Source of the DNA: Paraphysomonas bandaiensis
Lineage: Eukaryota > Protista > Chrysophyceae
Assembly: GCA_965644295.1 (NCBI GenBank)
Contig: CBFFRP010000015.1
Span: 1 to 64,000, forward strand
Direction of reading: 5' to 3'
DNA length: 64,000 nucleotides
Shown here: piece after piece, positions 1 to 10,920 of the stretch
Layout of the letters: each line of letters opens with the position of its first letter
Numbering within the stretch: the stretch's first letter is position 1
Translations under genes and position numbers: made by a program
Notes under the pieces: generated by a model
What the model was told of the DNA's origin: nothing
The model's input: the letters and a program-made list of their open reading frames with translations, nothing else
Database searches by the model: none

Positions 1-111
1 TAGAGCTTTGAAATTGTGGTCAAAATGACCACAATTTCTATTAAGGAGCCAGGCGCCATATCCATATAGATAGAGAATAAAAAGTGTGTATCATTGTAGT
101 GTAGACCCATA

Positions 112-642
112 TTGTTGAGCTTGATGGAAGAAACTCCGGCAAGAAGACTCGCCTTGCTGCCGGAGACCATCTCCCAGTCGGAGATGGTGACTGTATCATT
201 TAACACCCCACAGTTCGAGCGGACGTTGCGTTGCTTCGAAATTCAAGACATGCGCGTGGTGCACAGCTCTGACTTTTTTGATTTTCTGTTTGCGGCGTTC
301 CCATCCAGTAGAAATATTGTCCACTCACGTAGCAGTGCGCGCAAAAGATTTGCGAGGCATTTTCCGCAGCGGACTTGCCACTACATCAAAGATGTGGACG
401 GAGGGGGCAGCGTATTGAAGGGGGCTTTCTACCCACTAGAATCAGCAACATATTTCATAGACACATTTAATCTTCCCGGCAATGAGAGACTTGTGTATCG
501 ACAGCTGGTTGCATCGTCTTTTCAGAACTCCCAGTGTCCAGGACTGCTGACCCTGGACACCCCCATGTGGGGCCCAATACTGTTATCGGGGCTGCATCTA
601 GCACTTCCGATATCTCGGGTGGGCGAAGCAATACATCTATAA
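112..642 (+). CDS. KilA-N/APSES-like DNA-binding ORF, possibly a 5' exon or accessory gene of the adjacent transposon
   Basis: The segment CHYIKDVDGGGSVLKGAFYPLESATYFIDTFNL resembles the APSES/KilA-N C-terminal motif H..K.G...LKG.W.P.E.A..F. First ATG is at 124. Exon structure is unresolved. Confidence 0.35.
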   Translation: MLSLMEETPARRLALLPETISQSEMVTVSFNTPQFERTLRCFEIQDMRVVHSSDFFDFLFAAFPSSRNIVHSRSSARKRFARHFPQRTCHYIKDVDGGGSVLKGAFYPLESATYFIDTFNLPGNERLVYRQLVASSFQNSQCPGLLTLDTPMWGPILLSGLHLALPISRVGEAIHL

Positions 643-1088
643 TAAATACTGGTAACATCATGGCATACATGCATGCTAATATTATGTAGAACGCATTTAT
701 GTTTACACTGTAGGTATGAATTTGTCACTATATATATGCATAGTTGTAGAACTCAACACATACATACTTATAAACAAACTCATTACATCATATACTGTAT
801 GCACGCTAATATGTAGTCATTCATGATATCATTGTTGTTACTATTACACTGACCACATATACATCAGATCATATTCCAAATATAAGTGGGGCTAAGCGAA
901 AGATTGATACGGCATTCACTGCAGGTAAGAAATTATAAACAATTACCAAGTAGATAACTAGAGCTCACAACATAACACCCTACTATTATTATTAGCTACA
1001 TAATATATTTTATATATCGCTCATTGCTATATACTCTCGATCAACCACCATATATATTTTAATATAATATTGTTTTATGGCAATTTAG

Positions 1089-4000
1089 AAATTCCGAGAA
1101 TTGGAAAAAAGTATGAGGCTGTGTCTGATTTAAAAAAGCAAACAAAGCACAGAATGAAGGTATGCCTTGTAGATATTATATATAGCTACGCATGTATAGT
1201 AGTATAAATTATTTCTGTTTGAATAGACATGGGTAACGAGGCATTTCATTGACGTTGCAAAGACATTAAAAGCTGGACAGGAGGATATTCCAGGGGTTAT
1301 ACAATTAGGTGTGCAAGGTGTGGAGGAGAAGCTGCATGAACGTATTGTTTCCCCCCACACTATTGAACCCTCTTCGATAGTAAATGATACTGAAGATAAT
1401 TCAATGGTGCTGGCCTACAGAGTAAACACAGAGCTAGCTACTGCCGCATCAAAGAGCGTGGCACAGGCCCTTCTGTCTACAGTGTCAACTACTGGAGAAA
1501 TGACACAGGCTACATTGGCCGAAAGATTTAAATGCTCTATGCGTCAGGTTAAAAAAGCAAAACGACAAGCCAAGATTAAAGCACCCGGTGTAGCACCGGT
1601 AACAGTACGCAGGCGCACTTTAAATCGTGTTTCTTCCGATCGTCTGAAGAGTGTTGTCAATTTTTTATTGTACGGTGAAGGATGCACGTATGCACCGGCA
1701 TGCCAAAAATACTACAGCAAAAAGGTGGGAGTAAAGTATATTCTTCGTGAATCCTGCCAACAAAGTGTTCAAGCATGCCGGGCGTACATGATAGCAGAGG
1801 GTGTTCGTCCATTGGGACATACCTTGTTGCACAAACTCTTCAAACATCCAGCCTTTACGACACAGGCTCCGGAGGAATGCACATGCAGTATGTGCTTGGA
1901 CTACGGGCATTTTGTTGTTGTTGATGAGCTTCCAGAAATTTTGAATTGCATGGAAGAGGCGTGGAAGACAGCATTCCCGAATGAAGCTGGTGATGTGACA
2001 CTGGTGTTCAAACATTTGCGTGTACGCGTCACTAATTTAGGTGCTTATATGATGGGCCCAGGTACTAATTCTTTTTTAATAATTATTGCATGCTTCTAAT
2101 TTGCAACACAGATATGGAAAGACATTTTCAATTACAAGCTGATCAAGTATGCAGATGTCTAACGACAGCCCTCAAGTCGTCACACGATCCGGCATGCATG
2201 CTGCATTGCACCCATGCATCAGTAGGAAACCCCACTGTGCTGGGTTGTGAGGGTTCCCGCCAGGACGAGAACAACTTTTGCCAGTATTGTGCCAAAATTA
2301 TATCACTTCGGCAGAGACATTTCAGCTGTGCCACTCCAAACTGCAGTAATAAGTCTCATTGTATTTGTGTTAGACAACACAATCTAATGCAAATAGAAAG
2401 CGAGATGTGGGTCTGCAGTGCATGTGCCATGAATTTGCAAAGTCTTACCCACTCTCCTGCATGTGCCAACTGTTTGGAACAATATCAACTTATTACAGAC
2501 ATCACACAAAACTTGAATGCCTTGATGGAATTGGATGCATCGAAGAATCTTCGACAGAGTTTGAAATTCCTACAATACAGGATGAGTGTGGTCTGCAAAA
2601 AATTGGATAATTTACGAGGGCACAAGGCTCGAGTAGTGGCACATAAGAGCAACTTTAGGCGAGTTCTGGGATTAATTTCAACTGACTGTAGCAAGTGTCT
2701 AGTACACTCAGATTATAGCAGCAAAATTAGCTTGAAGCCGCACCGTACCAGAACAGCCGAACAAGGTATCAAGGTTGTAGCACATATTTCAGTACTGACT
2801 TATAAATACCCTTCGTTGGATATCCGCCAGAGCTATACTGACACAGACTTTGACGCAGTATATGGCCCCTTTGACCCTGTCAAGGAGGGAGACCTTTTTG
2901 AAGAGAATATCCAGACGTTATGTGACGACGCTTCCTTAGACTGGACTCATGCTACCGCAACATTAGAGTGTGACATCAGGTGGATAAGAACACATCGCCC
3001 GTGGCTGAAAAATCTATATCGAGCAACAGATAACGTCGATTACTACAAGTCAACTTTGCCACTTTGTGCTTTGGTAGATATGAATGAACACTTGAAAACG
3101 ACTGCTACTGATGACACGAGCATTCGTATCCTGGAGAATTTTGGTGAGGAGCCTGGACATGGGAAATGTCGATCCGATACCATCACTGCTTTTATCAAAG
3201 GGACTGTAAAGAGGGCAAGAAATGATGGAAAGAGTTTTGTCAATGCCGCTGATGTTGTCAACGAACTTCAACAAAAATCCCCTGTTGGGTATCATGTTCA
3301 AGAGATGCTTCTACCTCGACACAAAAAGTCTGTCAGAGCAACATCCGCCATCAAAGGGATCAGCGACATAATTGGGTATAAGTTCTTGCCTTCAGCGGTT
3401 GTTTTGCAGGAAGTACCACCCTTGGGAAAAGGAGTTATATTACCTTACACAGTAAGTGTAATAATCTGCTGTTTAATAATTCTTTTCAACACTAATACTG
3501 CCGTCTGATAATGCTAATTTTTTGAGTAGGATCTTGTAAGTAAGCGTAGAGGTGTGATGTCTCTAGTGCCAACCGGGGCACATATTGTTGAGTCATCAGT
3601 GCAGTCTGTTGAAGCAATTAGTCGACAACTATTACCGAAGCCGACTCACGAAACAAGGCTCAAAATTAAGAGGGCGGTTCAACAGAGAAAGCTTGACGCA
3701 AAGACGAAGAGATTAATGAAAGATCGAATGGAGTGTGATAGAGTAGAGTCCGTATTAAGCCAGTACAAACCTACTATTCCCTCTGCACGGTCGACAGACT
3801 CTTCCTCAACGTCAGCTACTGTGGAAACTCATTCCACGACTCGCAAATTTCCGACACCTGTAGTCCGAATTCTAGATCTGCTGGATTCTGGCATGAAATC
3901 TCATCCCTCGAACATACTGCTAGGTGGGAAAATGGATATATCACAGAAAGAGATAAGCATCAGAATATCTTCCTTACAGGAATTACCCCAAATGGATGTT

Positions 4001-4468
4001 CAAGGGAACGTTGTCTCGAAAGTTAGTTGCTCTTCAATCAATGCCGCGACGATTTCAGTGGGAATAAAGTTGCACAAAGTAAATGACATAGTGATCAGTG
4101 CAGCCCATCTCCACGAGGGTATGGTTGAATTTTTACATAGGACATTTTCCTGTGAAAACGATTCTCTCATTTGTCATTTCACCATGGGACCTCGGAAAGT
4201 ATTTCCCCTCAGTCCAGGATATGCCCGTCGACTAAACAAGGAAAACATACTGGAATCATTTACTGAAGAAATGAAAGACTGGTTGACAATACAGTATGAT
4301 ATGCCTGATAAAAGACAGGCTCCGACAATCCGACGGTACATGAAATTACACTTTGTAGAGCCTTGGAAATGGCTTACTGTTGGTCAGATTTCCTCTTGGA
4401 TTAGCATGAAAACGAGAGAGAAAAATAACGCCCCTTTAGTCCTTCCGTCTCCAGAAATCGTACGATAA
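1089..4468 (+). CDS. Multi-exon Sola3-like DDD transposase with an inserted PHD finger
   Basis: ORFs 1311-2099, 2090-3508 and 3554-4468 join in frame through GT-AG introns 2062-2111 and 3452-3529; a further intron lies at 1160-1226. Motifs: ECTCSMCLDYG, HSDYSSK, TDNVDYYK, EEPGHGKCRSD, C-terminal GYARR..FTEEMKDWL..LTVGQISSW, and PHD-type CQYC..C..C..H..C..WVCSAC. True 5' end and TIRs not identified. Confidence 0.7.
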
Positions 4469-4954
4469 TTGTAACACATTTATGAATGATAATAACCTTA
4501 AGTAGTACAAACAGAAGTTGACATTATTTATTTTGCTAAGGTTTGCTCTTCTCAATTGATAAGATGAAATTATAAACATTACATGATAAAGAACCTAAGT
4601 TGAATTCGATATGTTCACAACCACTCATTTACTACTATAGTGTACAACCACACACTCAGTAATCGTATCCTGTATAGTCACCAACTTATATTTCAGTTTC
4701 ATACTACTCAATATAATGTACTAATTATATATCTTTCGATCCTTGCATCTCACATAATACTGCACTCAATTGCAAGTATATAGAATCTTCAGATCTCAAC
4801 AAGTACAAATCAAAAAAAGGTATCTGGTACAATCAAATCTAAGAAGTAAAAACAATAATATATAAATATACGCTTAACAAACATTAAGATAAATATGTTA
4901 ACATTCAATAAACAGCATCATCCATTGTTTCACCTTATTATTAAGTCCTTGTAG

Positions 4955-5506
4955 CAGGGCTAGGGAACAATATATTGCAATACTGTTGTTAAATAGGGTT
5001 GTATCGACGGAGTATCCGTACATATGAGTATCACGTAGCACTAATCAGTAAGTAAACACATCCGTAGATTCCAGTTTTAGTATTAGTCATTAAAATCACA
5101 TGATATCCAAAACCACTACTGCATTGGCGTTCAAGTGTATTGGAAGTACATACTACAAGACTCGTGCACCTGTACATAGATATTTCAATCTTTCATTTCT
5201 TAATTTTATTAGCTCACTGAAGAAACCACTACTGTCTGAACGGAGATATATTCTAACAGCATCTTTCCCAGATCTTGTCAACTCAAATTCTTCGCCTGCT
5301 TGGATTTTTTTTAATTCCATTCTCAGAATTCGGATCACTAGCAATGGAACTGTTTTCTTTAAAGCAGGTTTGGGATACCTAGCCCCGAAGTCCATCAATA
5401 AGCCGTCAAAAATGTTCCGGTCTTCATAAAGATTCACTTGACTAGAGTCTCCTGTTTGAAGTAGCTTAGACACGCTTTCAAACTTTCTCAGGTCGTCTAC
5501 AAGCAA
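4955..5506 (-). mobile_element. Degenerate hAT-like transposon 3' end (transposase C-terminus plus TIR), family A
   Basis: Minus-strand LRKFESVSKLLQ...RNIFDGLL...KIQ, then TSNTLERQCS in a shifted frame (hAT dimerisation motif TSN.VER.FS). Ends in CAGGGCTAGGGAACAATATATTGCAATA at 4955, the same terminus as the MITE at 33997 and the solo end at 41697. Confidence 0.6.
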
Positions 5507-5890
5507 AGCTCTGGGGGCTTGTGGGGTGGTCCATACCGGTGCCTATGGTATTACAGAAAATAAAATAGGGGTACTTAATATTAAAATGTATTAAATCACA
5601 TATATATATGGTAATGTAATGTTATAGAAAAATATATTAGACACATGGTTTATAATGTACCGGAAGTCTTCTTTGCACTCTGGGGGTGATCTATGGGCGT
5701 CTGGGGTGGCACGTGTCGGTGCATGTGATAGCGGTACAATTAGAAGAAAAATATGTTTAATACGTATATAAATGCTAAATTACGGCTTCATTAACAATGT
5801 ATATATAGTCTACAATGTATCTGTCGTGTTGGTCACCCTCTGAGGGTCGTCCAACGGCTCCTGGGGGTTGCAATCTATAGGAGGCTGATA
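5507..5890 (-). pseudogene. Three tandem GC-rich exon-like blocks separated by AT-rich intron-like spacers (degenerate Pro/Thr-rich gene relic)
   Basis: Blocks at ~5510-5545, 5660-5735 and 5820-5890 share CTGGGGG and GTGC motifs with ~160-bp period. Some splice sites are intact (CCATAG, GGTACATT) and others are mutated. Confidence 0.35.
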
Positions 5891-6253
5891 TCTGTATTGT
5901 TATGACATATTACAATAATATCTTTCGATAAAATCATCTATTTCTTAGATCATACGCTGCCATAGCAAATATACTTATGATGTATGCACTTTAATGTCTC
6001 TGTGAAGGTGGTACATGCTGTCGAGCTGTAAGTGATGACTGTATCTGATAATTCCATACATATATTCAGAGTCTCATCTCCTGTTCCACTGTATTGTATA
6101 CCGGTATACAGCAGTATACTCATACGTGAAAATGGTGGTGATGGTGAGTGTGAGTTTGGGTGTGGTGATGATGAGTGCCTGTTTTTTAGGTCGAGTGGGA
6201 CCATCTACGGTCCTACAAGTGGAAGGCTGGTCCACTTTGTCGAAAAACGTCTC

Positions 6254-7089
6254 CATACATACATACATACATACATACATACATACATACATACATACAT
6301 ACATACATACATACATACATACATACATACATACATACATACATACATACATACATACATACATACATACATACATACACACACACACATACATACATAC
6401 ATACATACATACATACATACATACATACATACATACATACATACATACATACATACATACATACATACATACATACATACATACATACATACATACATAC
6501 ATACATACATACATACATACATACATACATACATACATACATACATACATACATACATACATACATACATACATACATACATACATACATACATACATAC
6601 ATACATACATACATACATACATACATACATACATACATACATACATACATACATACATACATACATACATACATACATACATACATACATACATACACAC
6701 ACACATACATACATACATACATACATACATACATACATACATACATACATACATACATACATACATACATACATACATACATACATACATACATACATAC
6801 ATACATACATACATACATACATACATACATACATACATACATACATACATACATACATACATACATACATACATACATACATACATACATACATACATAC
6901 ATACATACATACATACATACATACATACATACATACATACATACATACATACATACATACATACATACATACATACATACATACATACATACATACATAC
7001 ATACATACATACATACATACATACATACATACATACATACATACATACATACATACATACATACATACATACATACATACATACATACA

Positions 7090-7121
<32 letters not shown>

Positions 7122-7150
7122 CATACATACATACATACATACATACATAC
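6254..7150. repeat. (TACA)n microsatellite, ~900 bp
   Basis: Directly visible near-perfect tetranucleotide array. Confidence 0.99.
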
Positions 7151-7342
7151 CGTGACTGTATACTGCCGTATAATGGTATAGTTGTCCTGCGTTGGACATA
7201 TTTGGAGTATCACTCTCATCTCTATCTGCAGATGTCCACATGGAGTATAAATGCGCACAGATATCTTCATATATATATATATAAATAGAGAGAGAGCATA
7301 GAGAACTAACTACTCAATATCATTCATATCACACACTTCACT

Positions 7343-10340
7343 ATGACTGAAAGTGTTCCTATTGACTTCAGTCGTGTAAGACTCATGAATTTAGAGGACT
7401 TGAAATGGCATGGACCGAACTCCACTCTAAAACCACGAAGAAGATCACGTAATAAATCATCCGCATCTACAACACCAGCATTTCATCCAGATGAGAATGA
7501 ATGGAAACAACCAAAACGATATCAATCTGTTGATATAGATGCAGTGTGTATGTCTGTTATTGCAGGGGACTTACATACACTGGATCTCACAAATCAAGCG
7601 ATTGATGATAATAAATTAAACACTATTATCGATCTATTGAATAATTCTACACATATTTGTAAGTTAAATACTTTAATATTAACGAAAAATCAGATATCAT
7701 CCAGTGGAATTGATGTTATTACGGAATCGTTGTTAATTGCATCTTACAAAGCCCAAGAAGGTCAGCATCACTGGGCACAATACCTTCAAAAGCTACATGT
7801 GAATCACAACGACATTGATGAAAATGGTGGGTTAATGCTACTACAAGCATTATCAACTGGGGCACACACTTTGTCACTGCAACGGGTCGACGTATCATGG
7901 AATAATATCTCATTATCCACAAGACTGAAAATTGCAAAAGAATTGTTGGGGATCACTAATCGTCTTCATAAAGTAGCATCGGCTCTGTTATTGAATCCTC
8001 CAGAGCTATACTTACATGGTCAAGTATTTAAAGATGAAGGTATTGAGGAATTATGTAGACTGCTACACGAGAACTCCGTTATTCAACGCCTATTTCTGGG
8101 TGATAATGACATTCATATGGAAGGTAGATAGTTTATTTCAGATGTAGCAGCCCGTTAATGTTTATTTTGTTTGTAGGGGCTGATGCACTTCTAAAACTGC
8201 TGGAAAATAACTTCACATTAACTTATATAGACCTGGAGGAAAACTACGAGTTGCACCCAACGCATAAGGAACGAATAGGAGCTTTTTTGATTCGAAATAG
8301 ATCTCTTGGAGATCTATATTTAGGACGATACATGGTTGAAGAAGACCCCCTAGTTCACAGATCAAATACTAGCGTGGTAATGTTTGCTAAGGACATGAAA
8401 ACTACACCTCCCACGAAAGTAGCACTAAAAAAATGAAGCATGTGGATGAGTTTAGACGTGAGTTGGAGAGCCGATTTATAGAAGCAGACAACCAATTGGC
8501 AGAGTGTGTGATTGAGGTACTTGGATGGCACATTCCAGAAGAGTTCAAGTCGGAGTGTTTTCCTGCAATGCATTTGAACCGCAGAAATAACGGTGACTGT
8601 GAAATGTGTGTCCTTGTTATGCCACGTGCAGCACGATCTCTTTGGCATTCGCTAGGTAGTGAAAGGATAGCACGATATAGTATGGATACATCTCTTGCTA
8701 TATTGCGACAGGTTGTTGAACAAGTTCGCGATTTACATTCCTCAGGGCTTGTGCATTGTGACATAAAACCCAGAAATATACTTGTAACAGAAACTAACTC
8801 TCATGTGCTATGCGATATGGATGCCGCTGTTCCATTGCACACTGTACGACCCGACCATCTGAAATGGAGCTCAGCTTACGCACCTCCTGAACTCATGCGA
8901 CATCTGAACTGCTCTGACAATGATAAAACCGCATTCATCGTATTACCGAGTTTTGACGTTTGGTCTATTGGAGTTATATTGTTTGAACTATGCACTGGGC
9001 GTCATTTGTTTTCACAGGACCTCAGTGATGATAGTGTTGTAGACGTATCTGATATATCAAGGATATGCTTGTGGCAATCAATTAATGATTCCCTTCTTGA
9101 AAATGTAATGCCTGGTGAAACCGAGGATAACCGAAAAAATGAAATTCAACATTTAATTCGTTGGTGCTTACAAGGTAACCCCTTCAATCGTCCTTCGATC
9201 GAGCAAATCTTAGACCATTGCATTTTTGGTGGTCAGTCAACTGTCCCACGCGATAATTACATTACAATTCCCTCTGAGTTGGATGGTGTTTTGCTCTCAC
9301 CCATAATAGAACAAAACGGGGCCCGTATGAAGTACCATACCTTTATATCACACTACCAAGCGGAGGCTTCAGGAGACGTTGGTACTTTATATCACATGTT
9401 GCATAGGTTGGGGGTACACATGTGGCGTGACATGAATACTCTAAGCTTGACGGATGATGCCATGAGACAAGGAGTATATGACAGTGATGTGTTTATACTA
9501 TTCCTTACTAATGCCGCATTAAGTCGATATTTCTGCTTAAAAGAAGTAACTTGGGCTTTGGAATTCGGAAAGCCTATTATAATTGTGGTGGAAGAAGACG
9601 AACGCTTGTGGTCATGGGACATTAACCGCTGGACTGAAGATAAGTGTTGTCGCATACCTGGAAGTTTAAGCAACTGGACAACAGGTTGGCTGCAGCATAA
9701 TTACACTGATATTTTCCGAAATCATCGGGTTGTTCATGACCTAATACACCGTTATTCTAAAGATGGATTGATGTTACCGTTCCGAAGAAGGGAGTTTGAG
9801 GTAAATGCACTAGTGAAGAAAATAATACATCAATCGTCGTCCTCTGCCGGAGTCTGTTGGAAACTACCGTTACGTTCCACAAAAGATACTTCCTTTCTTT
9901 ATATACCGAGAAATATGTACATGATAAATTCTAGTGAATCCTCTGAGTTGGCAAGTCGACTCAAAGCGGACCTATCTTTAATTTCCCATAATTATATTAC
10001 TTTGGCTAATGAGATTGATACTGCAACACATATAGTGGTGGTATTGTCTGGCTTGGTGTTAGAAGAGTGCTCGCATATACTGGATATAGCTTTGAGGTTA
10101 CATGAGACAAAAGGTATTCCCATCGTCTACATGTACTCTACTGAGCTAGGATGGGACTTCAACAAATTTTACAATGATACGGGAACTGCTGTTAAGAAAC
10201 ATATTGCCAGTAATGAAGCACTTGTTTACCGCTCACATTCCTATGAACAAGTTGCTGTGAATATTGAAATCGTTCGTCGGTTGACGTGCAATGAGCGCAT
10301 AGTACCGCACGATAATGTTGCAGTGAGAAGAAAAGTTTAA
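7343..10340 (+). CDS. LRR (RI-like) - Ser/Thr kinase - TIR - degenerate TIR-like protein, frameshifted at A7 8427-8433
   Basis: LRRs (LHTLDLTNQAI, LNTLILTKNQI, LQKLHVNHNDI, IQRLFLGDNDI); intron 8124-8176. Kinase motifs VALKK, HCDIKPRN, SSAYAPPE, FDVWSIG. TIR motifs HTFISHYQ...SDVFILFLT...SRYFCLKEV..A...GKPII. Confidence 0.85.
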
Positions 10341-10464
10341 TTATAACTAAAAGTAATAATAGAATGAGTAATAAACAAATGACAAAGACAAATTTTTGTC
10401 GTATTATACAGAATTTTAAACTATGTGCTACAGTGATTGATTATTCTCGCTATAACCTGAGATT

Positions 10465-10740
10465 ACTACAAATAAAGAACTAATCTTAGTAGTAGTAAAA
10501 CAATGTTGCGATTATTAGAGTGTAAAGTGATGAACACTGTAGAGTGAAAATTATGAATAACAATACAAAACATAACTATCATACACAACGGAATAGATAG
10601 AAGTGTAACTGATAATGACGATCGTTATGATGACGATCATGTATCTTCAACAGATACTCTCTCTAATTCAGTTTATGATATATTTCATTGAACATTATAA
10701 CTCACAGATACAATCTCGTATTAAGCTAAATCCTAATTCT
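10465..10740. repeat. Unclassified interspersed repeat, inverted copy at ~42555-42805
   Basis: For example ACAACGGAATAG..AGAAGTGTAACTGATAATGACGATCGTTATGAT here matches the reverse complement at 42655-42705. Similarity extends ~270 bp. Confidence 0.7.
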
Positions 10741-10810
10741 ACAGATTGCGGAGGCACTGGAAGGCTGCGTATATCTAGCGCAAAATGGTAGTGTTATGAG
10801 ATATATTATT

Positions 10811-10920
10811 CAACCTAGTCAATTTGGTTGAATTTCCTAGTCATACTATTTTCGGTGTAAAAACCTAGTCAGAGCAATAAATGACTCAACCTAGTCAATT
10901 ATAGTACTAAACCTAGTCGT
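10811..10920. repeat. Five spaced copies of (AA)CCTAGTC
   Basis: Copies at ~10812, 10836, 10862, 10888 and 10910, about 25 bp apart. Confidence 0.6.

Noticed and set aside
6032-7288. Long HTYI/MYVC ORFs here and at 22876-23338 and 48595-49711
   Set aside because: Artefacts of stop-free TACA/TATG microsatellites, not proteins.
8419-8438. Tiny intron resolving the kinase frameshift
   Set aside because: The nearest GT..AG spanning the break is only 20 nt and would delete the catalytic VALK lysine.
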